Source: a virus (taxonomy: Duplodnaviria > Caudoviricetes). Taken from it: 64,000 bases of DNA. Location of the stretch: the IMG/VR virus record IMGVR_UViG_3300000101_000005, one strand, 5' to 3'. Of this stretch, positions 55,613 through 64,000 are shown in pieces. The notes below the pieces were generated by a model. It was not told where the DNA came from and ran no database searches. It worked only from the letters and a program-made list of their open reading frames with translations. Numbering within the stretch: the stretch's first letter is position 1; each line of letters opens with the position of its first letter. The position numbers were made by a program, and so were the translations under genes.

Positions 55613-58495
55613 ATGACTATTTTTAATAGGCCTCCAGTTATAACAAACAACAAGTTAAAACCTTTCAAAGGAACTTTGAAGACTGGCGAAAAAATTAGAA
55701 ACATAAACGGAAAAAGTTTTGTTGTTCCGTCAGATATAAAAAAGCCGGACGGTTCGGCAACAATTAATGCATCTAATACTTTTCAAGCATCAAATATTCC
55801 TGTAGGAAGTGCAGAACTAAGAGAGAAAATCTCTGTTATTGGTCTTGATACACAAGCCAACGTAGTAGATGCATTAATTGCTGGCGGAGATTTAAAAGTA
55901 GCACAAGTAATAAATGACAAAACAAAAACAGTTGATGCCGCAGTTTCTAATGCAGATGATTTTACTGAGGGCGGAGGAGCACCAGTAGGACCAGGAACTC
56001 CAAGTCCTAGAAGAAGTTTAGAAACACCGAATCTAATTGCTAATCCTTTAGAAAAGTTTTCAACATTTAATTCACTATGGACAATGGCTGTGCTAACACC
56101 AATGCAGTTTAATGATCCAAGTACTTATAGGACAGGTGATTTAGGATTTGCAGGCCAAGACTTTGAAGGTGGTGGCATAACAGTTAAATCTGGAATTGTT
56201 TTTTCCGCTGCCGGTCGTGGCGACCAGTATAGAACAAAAATACAAGGCGGCAAGTCACCTGAATATTTTGTTGACAACTTTAGAATGACTACAGTAATGT
56301 CAGCAACAGAAAATACAGGTAACACAAATGCAATTAACTTTGACTTTGATATATTTGAACCATACAGTATGGGATTGTTATTAGAGTCATTACAAGTCTC
56401 TGCACTTAAAGCAGGCTATCCTAACTACCTAGATGCTCCGTTTGTATTGCGTTTAGATTTTGTAGGATTTAGTGCAGATGGAACAGAAGAAAAAGTTATA
56501 AACAAAGAAGGATTAAATCCAAAGTACTTTGTAATGAAACTAAAGAAAGTTACTTTTGATACAAACGAATCAGGAACCAACTACAAGGTTCAAGCGTTTC
56601 CTTACAACCACTCTGGTTACTTGGACACGGTTAATATGTTGTTCAATGACATCTCAATTAGTGCTCCAGAAAAAGGCACAGTTGAAGAAATGCTAAAGAC
56701 AGGGCCTAAGAGTTTAGAAAAAGTATTGAACGATAACGAGCAGTTGTTAGTAGAATCAGGACAATATTCAATTCCAGACGTTTATATTATTGACTTCCCT
56801 GACAAGTCAACAGACTTTATAACAGGCGCTAGAGCAACATCTGAAGAAACATCAAAACAGTCAGGATCAACAGTAGACGCAGACAACCCACCAGTAGATA
56901 GTTTTAAAGCATTCGGAAAGAATGCATCACCTAGTCAAACTACAAAATCATCTTTTGAATCTAACTACATAGGAAAAGCATCATTTGGGTTTGATTCAGC
57001 AGCAGGTGGTAACTTTAACTGGGAAAATTCTGCAATGTATAGAGCAGGAGATTCTAAGTACAACGAGGAAACAGGTCGAATTGATCGTTACAAAATGCAA
57101 GTTGATCCTAAGCAGCGTGAATTCTTGTTTACACAAAAACAACCTTTAACTGATGTTATTACACAGGTTGTTCTAAGTTCAAAGTATGCAAAAGATGCTG
57201 TTAGTGGTGATGCAAATAACAATAATCTTACTCCAGAAGGATATATCAAATGGTTTAAAATTGATGTACAAGTAGCATTCTTAGATTACGATCCTATGAT
57301 AGGAGACTTTGCAAAACAATATACATTTAGAGTTGTTCCGTATTTTGTCCATTACAGTGTTTTTAAAGCACCTGGGTCAGGAGTTGATACAGCAGCATTA
57401 CAAAAAACAATTGCTAAAAGATACGATTACATATACTCAGGACAAAATGTTGATGTTCTTAAATTTGATATCAAGATTAACAATTTATTCTTTGCTGGAT
57501 CTGCACCAAGTTCTGAATCTCAAACTAAAGATGAATCCAATCAAAACCTAAACGGAACTTCCGGTAGCGGTGTACCAGAGGCACCAAGTGGCGAAGAAGG
57601 TTCTGCAGAAGCAAAAGCACCTAACTTAGGTAAGAAAAAACAAAAACGTGATGTGTCCAAGTTGTACAATAATACTAAAGGCGGTAGTGGATATAAAGAT
57701 GTTGAAACATTAGTTGCTGAAAGTTTCCAGAAAGCGTTTGTTGAAAACGGATCAGGTGACTTGATTACAATTGATTTAGATATACTCGGTGATACATACT
57801 GGATGGTTGAAAGTGGCCAGTCGAATCACATTGATGCAGCAGCTCCACGTTCGCAGACAACACAGGGCGGAGAAGCTAATTACTCAGGAGGCGAAATTTA
57901 TATCTTTATTAGTTTTAGGACGCCCATTGATACAAATACTGACACTGGACTTTACGAATTCGCAAATTTAAATCCAAGTCCCTTTAGCGGAGTTTATAAA
58001 GTATTGAAATGTGATAGTGAATTTAAAGGCGGGCAGTTTACACAAAAATTAAGATGTGTTAGGATGCCAGGCCAGCCAATTGATTACGGTGGTAAACTTC
58101 CAGAAGGTTCTAAAGCTACATTACAAAAGAAAGTTGGTAATGAGCAAAAAGTTAAAACTGAAGTTGGAGAGTCTGCTCCGCCAGCAAAGGTTGATAGAAC
58201 AATAACAATTGAAGAAGTAGAAAAAGCAGGAGAGCAGTTTGCTAATAATGTTCTTGCTAAGTTTGGCTTAAACTTAGATAGCATAGATAAATTTGCTGCA
58301 AAATTACCTAAAGGTGATAGTAACTTTAAATCTACACCTAAGAAACCTAAGTTGATCGAAAAGAGAAGACAATCTAACGGAACATTAGTTAACTTTAACA
58401 TTGATAGAACTAAACCATTTACAGATAGTAAGGATAGTGAAGGTAACACAATTAGAATTTTTGATCCTAAGATACTTGACGGAGTTAAAACTTAA
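55613..58495 (+). CDS. Baseplate hub protein (gp27/P2 gpD-like)
   Basis: 960 aa between the gp53-like and gp5-like genes; IDLDILGD and FSGVYKVLKCDSEFKGGQFTQKL at the C-terminus. Confidence 0.6.
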   Translation: MTIFNRPPVITNNKLKPFKGTLKTGEKIRNINGKSFVVPSDIKKPDGSATINASNTFQASNIPVGSAELREKISVIGLDTQANVVDALIAGGDLKVAQVINDKTKTVDAAVSNADDFTEGGGAPVGPGTPSPRRSLETPNLIANPLEKFSTFNSLWTMAVLTPMQFNDPSTYRTGDLGFAGQDFEGGGITVKSGIVFSAAGRGDQYRTKIQGGKSPEYFVDNFRMTTVMSATENTGNTNAINFDFDIFEPYSMGLLLESLQVSALKAGYPNYLDAPFVLRLDFVGFSADGTEEKVINKEGLNPKYFVMKLKKVTFDTNESGTNYKVQAFPYNHSGYLDTVNMLFNDISISAPEKGTVEEMLKTGPKSLEKVLNDNEQLLVESGQYSIPDVYIIDFPDKSTDFITGARATSEETSKQSGSTVDADNPPVDSFKAFGKNASPSQTTKSSFESNYIGKASFGFDSAAGGNFNWENSAMYRAGDSKYNEETGRIDRYKMQVDPKQREFLFTQKQPLTDVITQVVLSSKYAKDAVSGDANNNNLTPEGYIKWFKIDVQVAFLDYDPMIGDFAKQYTFRVVPYFVHYSVFKAPGSGVDTAALQKTIAKRYDYIYSGQNVDVLKFDIKINNLFFAGSAPSSESQTKDESNQNLNGTSGSGVPEAPSGEEGSAEAKAPNLGKKKQKRDVSKLYNNTKGGSGYKDVETLVAESFQKAFVENGSGDLITIDLDILGDTYWMVESGQSNHIDAAAPRSQTTQGGEANYSGGEIYIFISFRTPIDTNTDTGLYEFANLNPSPFSGVYKVLKCDSEFKGGQFTQKLRCVRMPGQPIDYGGKLPEGSKATLQKKVGNEQKVKTEVGESAPPAKVDRTITIEEVEKAGEQFANNVLAKFGLNLDSIDKFAAKLPKGDSNFKSTPKKPKLIEKRRQSNGTLVNFNIDRTKPFTDSKDSEGNTIRIFDPKILDGVKT

Positions 58496-60264
58496 TGCCA
58501 ATTGAAAAGAGAACCAGATACAATACTCAAGCAGGAGGTACTTTAGGTTCTGGCGCTTATCTTGCACAGGTAATTGATGTACTTGATCCTACATTTAATG
58601 GTAGACTAAAAGTTTCGTTACTAAGAGATCAAGGTAACGCTGGTAACGTTGACGGACAAACATATCTTGTAAATTATGCATCTCCATTCTTCGGACACAC
58701 ACCATACGAAGCACTAGGAATGAACAAAGACGACTTTAAAGATACGCAACAAAGTTATGGTATGTGGGCAGTTCCACCAGATGTTGGTGTAACAGTTATG
58801 GTGATGTTTATTGAAGGTAATCCTGCATCAGGTTATTGGTTTGCATGTGTTCCTCCAAGGTTTGCAAATCACATGGTACCTGCTATTGGTGCAGCAGATA
58901 CTAGTCCAACCGAAGACGAAAGATCATCATTAGCAGCTTTGTCAGCTGAAGAAAAGAAAAAGTTCAATACAAAAATGCCTTTGCCAGTTGGTGAAATTAA
59001 CAAACGAATAAACGGTTCTCCAGATGGCGAAAACGAAATTGATGCTGAAAAGATTCCAAAGCCTGTACATCCTATAACAGATAGATTTTTCTTCCAAGGA
59101 TTATTAGAAGATGATGTAAGAGGGGTTACTACTACATCTAGTAGACGTAACAATCCTAATGCAGTATTTGGTATTAGTACTCCAGGACCTTTAGACTACG
59201 GTCCAAACGGTAAACGTATGAGGCGCGGCACAAAAGAAAATTTAAGTGTTGAAGTTCCTGTTACACGATTAGGCGGAACACAGTTTGTTATGGACGATGG
59301 TGATGATCGTTACATTAGAAAATCTGCTCCACAAGATGGACCAGTGGAATATGTTGAAGCATCAGATGCAAAGACCAGTGTAGGTTTACTTGACTTACCA
59401 TATAATGAGTACACAAGACTTAGAACAAGAACAGGCCATCAACTTCTTTTACATAATTCAGAAGATTTAATTTATATTGGTAACTCAAAAGGAACAGCAT
59501 GGGTTGAATTAACATCTAACGGTAAAGTAGATGTGTTTGCAAATGACAGTGTGAGCGTTCACTCAATGAGCGATGTTAATATTAAAGCAGATAGAGATAT
59601 CAACATGGAAGCAGGACGTAATATAAACATCAAAGCAACTGCTGAATACCAAGCACCTGATAGTTTACATCAAAATGCAAAAATTGAAGATGCTCTTAAA
59701 CAAGAGAATGGTAGAGTACAAATAGAAAGTGCATTTAACACTAACATATTAATTGGTGCTAACGGAAGAATTGAAACAAGAACTTATAACAATGCAGATG
59801 ATCTGCCTATTGCCGGAGACTTAGATATTTCAGTCGCTGGTAATCACAGACACTATGTTGGCGGAACTACTGATATTCAAACAATTGGTGATAGATCAGA
59901 TACACAAGCAAACTGGGATATCAATACAGGCGGTTACAATTATTTAACATCAGGCGCTAATACAGAAGTTGCAGCAGGCGGAGACATTATTATGTCAGCA
60001 AGTCCTAACATACACTTTAATGGTCCAGCAGCAACAGGAGCAGCACAGGCTGACACAGCATTAACAATTACAGATTTAATTAAATACGATAACCCATTAG
60101 TAAACCCATTGAAAGACTGGGCAACTACAAAATGGCAAGATGGAACAATATCATCTATCATGAGGCGTATTCCAATGCACGAACCGTGGTTATTGCATGA
60201 AAACCAAGCACCTCAGTTTGTTACAGCACTAGCAACAGATAGAGAGGAGAAACAAAATGGCTAA
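58495..60264 (+). CDS. Baseplate central spike, gp5/VgrG-like, with no recognisable lysozyme domain
   Basis: OB-fold AQVIDVLDPTFNGRLKV..PPDVGVTVMVMF and beta-helix RTRTGHQLLLHNSED..WVELTSNGKVDVF. Confidence 0.8.
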   Translation: MPIEKRTRYNTQAGGTLGSGAYLAQVIDVLDPTFNGRLKVSLLRDQGNAGNVDGQTYLVNYASPFFGHTPYEALGMNKDDFKDTQQSYGMWAVPPDVGVTVMVMFIEGNPASGYWFACVPPRFANHMVPAIGAADTSPTEDERSSLAALSAEEKKKFNTKMPLPVGEINKRINGSPDGENEIDAEKIPKPVHPITDRFFFQGLLEDDVRGVTTTSSRRNNPNAVFGISTPGPLDYGPNGKRMRRGTKENLSVEVPVTRLGGTQFVMDDGDDRYIRKSAPQDGPVEYVEASDAKTSVGLLDLPYNEYTRLRTRTGHQLLLHNSEDLIYIGNSKGTAWVELTSNGKVDVFANDSVSVHSMSDVNIKADRDINMEAGRNINIKATAEYQAPDSLHQNAKIEDALKQENGRVQIESAFNTNILIGANGRIETRTYNNADDLPIAGDLDISVAGNHRHYVGGTTDIQTIGDRSDTQANWDINTGGYNYLTSGANTEVAAGGDIIMSASPNIHFNGPAATGAAQADTALTITDLIKYDNPLVNPLKDWATTKWQDGTISSIMRRIPMHEPWLLHENQAPQFVTALATDREEKQNG

Positions 60265-60694
60265 GTTATACAATCAAAAAACTGTATCAGTAAACCAAGC
60301 ATCAGCAGGGCAAGTAGGCGCAACAAGTTATGCGTATAAAGGATTTAGTTCAGCGAATTCAGTTGATAACTTTAAGCTGTATGATATAGATTTAGTAAAA
60401 CAAGATATTATCAATCACTTTTATATTAGAAAAGGTGAAAAATTAGAAAATCCAAACTTCGGAACTATTATTTGGGATATGATTTTTGAGAACTTTACAC
60501 CACAAGTTAAAGAAATGATTGCTAAAGATGTACAAGATATTATTAATTATGACCCAAGAATACAGGTAAACGCTGTAGGAGTAGATAGCACCGAACAAGG
60601 AATTAGAATCGAAGCCGATGTAACATATATACCGTTCAATGTTAGCGAGAGAATGAAGTTTAATTTCGACAGAGATAACTCCGTTATAAACTGA
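60257..60694 (+). CDS. gp25: Baseplate wedge protein, gp25-like
   Basis: YKGFSS, LYDIDLVKQDIINHFYIRKGEKLENPNFGTIIWDMIFE, DPRI. Confidence 0.9.
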   Translation: MAKLYNQKTVSVNQASAGQVGATSYAYKGFSSANSVDNFKLYDIDLVKQDIINHFYIRKGEKLENPNFGTIIWDMIFENFTPQVKEMIAKDVQDIINYDPRIQVNAVGVDSTEQGIRIEADVTYIPFNVSERMKFNFDRDNSVIN

Positions 60695-60735
60695 TCATAT
60701 TACATACATGGGTAAATACAGTATAGGAACCAATA

Positions 60736-63700
60736 ATGAGCACAACGTCAAGACAAAATAATTTATTACTTAACGAAGACTGGACACGTATATACCAGAC
60801 TTTCGCTAATGCTGATTTCAAATCTTATGATTTTGAGAATCTAAGACGTGTAATCATCACTTATCTAAGAGAAAACTATCCAGAAGATTTTAACGATTAT
60901 ATTGAAAGCTCAGAGTACCTTGCACTAATTGACGCTATTGCGTTTTTAGGACAAAGTTTATCCTTCCGTATTGATTTAGCAAGTAGAGAAAACTTTATTG
61001 AACTTGCTGAACGTAAAGAAAGTGTACTGCGTATTGCTAAAATGCTTAGTTACAATGCAAAGCGTAACTTACCAGCCAAAGGCTTACTTAAATTTACATC
61101 AGTTTCGACTACAGAACAGTTAGTTGACAGTAATGGACGTAACCTAGCAAGTCAAACAGTTAAATGGAACGATCCAACTAATACAAACTGGGCAGAACAG
61201 TTTGTTTTACTTCTTGATGCTGCTATGTCTGATAACACAAAGTTTGGTAGAAGTCAAGGAACAGATATTATTCAAAGTATTCCAACAGAACAATACAGGT
61301 TTAGAACTGCTAGTACTGATGTGCCAATGTTTACTTTTTCAAAAACTGTTGCAGGTAGACAAATGGTGTTTGAAATTTTAAGCACAACATTTAAAGGCGC
61401 AGAAGAAATTTACGAAGAAGCACCTACACCAGGTAATCAACTAGGATTTCTTTACAGACAAGATAATAAAGGGCCAGCAAGTCCTAACACAGGATTTTTT
61501 ATGCACTTCAAACAGGGTTCTTTGGAGTTAGCAGACTTTACAATTGATGCACCATCAACAAATGAAAAAGTTGCAGTTGATGCAAAAGGAATTAACAACG
61601 ATGATGTTTGGTTGTTTGAATTACTTGCAAACGGAAGCCAAGCCCAAGAGTGGACAAAGGTATCAAGCCTTGTAGGAAACAATATTGCTTACAATAGTTT
61701 GACAGGAGATATCAGAAATATTTACGGTGTAGAAACTAAACAAACTGATATGATTGATTTAACTTTTGCTGACGGAGTGTATGGTAACTTACCTAAAGGC
61801 TCTTTTAGAACTTACTATAGAATTAGTAATGGATTAAGTTATACAATTTCACCTGGTGAAATGAAAAACGTTAACATCTCAGTTGAGTATATTAACCAAG
61901 CAGGCATTGCACATACATTAACAATTGGAATGGCATTGCAGTCAACTGTTGCAACAGCAACTCCTACAGAGTCAGTTGCATCTATCAAAAAGAATGCACC
62001 TGCAAATTATTATACACAAAATAGAATGATTACTGGTGAAGATTACAATCTTGCACCACTAGCAACTTCACAAAACATTTTAAAAGTAAAAGCATCAAAT
62101 AGAACATCGAGTGGTTTATCACGTAACTTTGATCTTATTGATGCAAGTGGAAAATATAGCTCTGTTAACGTATTTGGTACAGACGGTTATATGTATAAAG
62201 AAGAAGATGAAAAGTCACTTTCTTTTAAATTTACAAACAGATCAGACATCATTAACTTTATTAAACAAAAAGTAGAAGGTGTTTTTACAGAAACAGATGT
62301 TTACAATTTTTACTTTACAAAATACGATAGCATTTTATTTACAAGCGATAATATTGTATGGAATGCATCTACAAACGGTATTAATCAAGGTACTGGTTAC
62401 TTTACAAACAAAGTTGATTTATCACTACTTAAGGTAGGCACGTATTCTACTAATAACTTAAAGTATATTACAGCAGGAGCAAATGTTAAATTTACTTCAC
62501 CAACAGGACAGTCATTTAAAGACGGAGTATTAGTAACAACTGATGCAACAGATACATCACAGAAAAGTTTTATATGGACAAAAGTTATTAGTGTTGCAGG
62601 TGACGGAACAAATGCAGGAACAGGAGCCAATGCAAAAGGTATTGGACCTATTGTGTTTAATGATAATGTGCCTTCAGGTGCAGTTGCTTCAAGAATTGTT
62701 CCTAAGTTTGTAACAGATCTTTCAGATGCACTTGAATCGTCAATGGTTAATCAAGCCTTTGCAAATCTAAACTTTGGGTTGAGATATGACGATAAAGAAT
62801 CAAGCTGGAAAATTATTCAAAATCAAAACTTAGACTTAACTTCACCATTTGCTTTAGGTAAATCAGGTGACATAACAAATAATAACTTAGACAGTTCTTG
62901 GATTATGGCATTTGTAAAAGACAATGATCAATATATTGTACGAACCCGCACACTTAACTATGTGTTTGGTAGTAAAAAACAAAATAGATTTTACTTTGAT
63001 AAAAGCGAGAAAGCATATAACAGTTTAACAGGTAAGGTTGAAAAAGATGTTGTAAATATTTTAGGTATTAATTCTAAAAATGTTGGCACAGGATCTTTAG
63101 TACAAGATTACCCATTTGAAGTTGCAGATGTAATTAAGTTTGACGACGGTTATGAAAGTACAAAAGAAGTTAGATTAGGTTTTAGAGATTCAGACGCAGA
63201 CGGTGTTATTGATAATCCAGAATCGTTTGTTAGTGTTGTTGGCGAAGATCTTGATTTAAAATATCTTTTCTTTAAATCAGAGAAAGATAATTATGGTACA
63301 ACAGTATATAACTTAGTCGACCCAGCAGTAACTCCTATATTAGTAATTGAAAAAGAGTCATTGGTTAATGTTAACAATTATACAAACGGACAGTTAATAT
63401 ACTTTTACGATAGTGCAGAAAATAGAGTTAAGCGAGTTGATTCAACAACGAATACACTTGTATTAGAACCTACATACAGAGCAAATATTGGTAGAGATAA
63501 TATTAAGTTTCAATATACACATTCAGCTAGTGAAGATAGAAGAATTGATCCTAGTGTAACAAACATTATTGACCTTTATCTTCTAACTAGATCTTATGAT
63601 ACAGAATTTAGAAATTATCTAGCAGGTGCTCGTATAACAGAGCCAACTGCACCAACAAATGACGAACTTAGAGTAACTTTTGGTACAGGTCTAAACGCTA

Positions 63701-64000
63701 TTAAGTCTATCAGTGACGAAGTTGTTTACCATCCTGTGAAGTACAAAGTGTTGTTTGGCAGTACTGCTGATACTAAGTTACAAGCTCAGTTTAAAGTTGT
63801 TAAGAATCCTACAAGAAACCTTAACAATAATGATTTAAAAGTAAGAATCGTAACAGCAATGAATCAATTCTTTGACGTTAATAATTGGGACTTTGGAGAC
63901 AGATTCTATCTAAGCGAACTATCGACTTATATATTAAATGTAGTTTCGCCTGATATATCAAATCTTGTTATATTGCCAAGACAGACATCACAGGCATTTG
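60736..64000 (+). CDS. gp6: Baseplate wedge protein, gp6-like; runs off the window, so it is absent from the ORF track
   Basis: ATG 60736 after SD TAGGA and TAAATA (60713-60718); SYDFENLRR..YLRENYPEDFNDYIESSE..AERKESVLRIAKMLSY, and later AP..YYTQNRMITGEDY; still in frame at the window end. Confidence 0.88.
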   Translation, partial: MSTTSRQNNLLLNEDWTRIYQTFANADFKSYDFENLRRVIITYLRENYPEDFNDYIESSEYLALIDAIAFLGQSLSFRIDLASRENFIELAERKESVLRIAKMLSYNAKRNLPAKGLLKFTSVSTTEQLVDSNGRNLASQTVKWNDPTNTNWAEQFVLLLDAAMSDNTKFGRSQGTDIIQSIPTEQYRFRTASTDVPMFTFSKTVAGRQMVFEILSTTFKGAEEIYEEAPTPGNQLGFLYRQDNKGPASPNTGFFMHFKQGSLELADFTIDAPSTNEKVAVDAKGINNDDVWLFELLANGSQAQEWTKVSSLVGNNIAYNSLTGDIRNIYGVETKQTDMIDLTFADGVYGNLPKGSFRTYYRISNGLSYTISPGEMKNVNISVEYINQAGIAHTLTIGMALQSTVATATPTESVASIKKNAPANYYTQNRMITGEDYNLAPLATSQNILKVKASNRTSSGLSRNFDLIDASGKYSSVNVFGTDGYMYKEEDEKSLSFKFTNRSDIINFIKQKVEGVFTETDVYNFYFTKYDSILFTSDNIVWNASTNGINQGTGYFTNKVDLSLLKVGTYSTNNLKYITAGANVKFTSPTGQSFKDGVLVTTDATDTSQKSFIWTKVISVAGDGTNAGTGANAKGIGPIVFNDNVPSGAVASRIVPKFVTDLSDALESSMVNQAFANLNFGLRYDDKESSWKIIQNQNLDLTSPFALGKSGDITNNNLDSSWIMAFVKDNDQYIVRTRTLNYVFGSKKQNRFYFDKSEKAYNSLTGKVEKDVVNILGINSKNVGTGSLVQDYPFEVADVIKFDDGYESTKEVRLGFRDSDADGVIDNPESFVSVVGEDLDLKYLFFKSEKDNYGTTVYNLVDPAVTPILVIEKESLVNVNNYTNGQLIYFYDSAENRVKRVDSTTNTLVLEPTYRANIGRDNIKFQYTHSASEDRRIDPSVTNIIDLYLLTRSYDTEFRNYLAGARITEPTAPTNDELRVTFGTGLNAIKSISDEVVYHPVKYKVLFGSTADTKLQAQFKVVKNPTRNLNNNDLKVRIVTAMNQFFDVNNWDFGDRFYLSELSTYILNVVSPDISNLVILPRQTSQAF

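Larger units (their letters stand above)
729..60718. promoter_or_regulatory. Dispersed late-promoter motif TAAATA (relaxed T4 TATAAATA)
   Basis: Oriented upstream of genes at +729, -9850, -11436, -12057, -23327, -30839, -34630, -35509, -39492, -40396, +44880, -44913, -49113, +54110 and +60713. Confidence 0.8.

Noticed and set aside
58495-60264. T4 gp5-type lysozyme domain in the spike protein
   Set aside because: No T4-lysozyme E-x8-D-x5-T motif or recognisable muramidase block lies between the OB fold and the beta-helix.
1-64000. Stop-codon reassignment, as seen in some large phages
   Set aside because: Conserved genes translate full-length in the standard code, coding density is high, and stops fall at the expected gene ends.

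Overview
This 64-kb, AT-rich window comes from a large tailed dsDNA phage, a divergent T4-like myovirus (contractile-tail baseplate genes, T4-type head genes, gp55/gp46/gp47). It uses the standard genetic code, and I found no tRNAs, CRISPR arrays or host genes. From left to right: (1) 1-11.4 kb, a tailoring-enzyme cluster with three flavin-dependent tryptophan-halogenase-like genes and about ten 2OG-Fe(II)/JmjC oxygenase-like genes; (2) 11.5-34.5 kb, tail-fibre and virion structural genes, including three tandem Gly/His-rich paralogues and two giant paralogous proteins (2606 and 1862 aa); (3) 34.5-35.6 kb, an RNA-dense island with a glutamine (glnA-type) riboswitch candidate before a 64-aa ORF, a stand-alone structured ncRNA candidate, a leaderless ORF and a pseudoknot leader; (4) 35.6-42.1 kb, the head module (major capsid, scaffold, prohead protease, acidic core protein, a glycosyltransferase-like insert, portal); (5) 42.1-49.1 kb, tape measure, a gp26/gp51-like pair joined by a probable -1 frameshift, and two putative internal head proteins; (6) 49.1-54.1 kb, about 600 bp of structured non-coding DNA next to a GIY-YIG nuclease, then gp46, gp47 and the gp55 late sigma factor; (7) 54.1-64 kb, the baseplate operon. 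A TAAATA late-promoter motif precedes about 15 transcription units. All calls rest on motif recognition and manual base-pairing; no database search or folding program was run.
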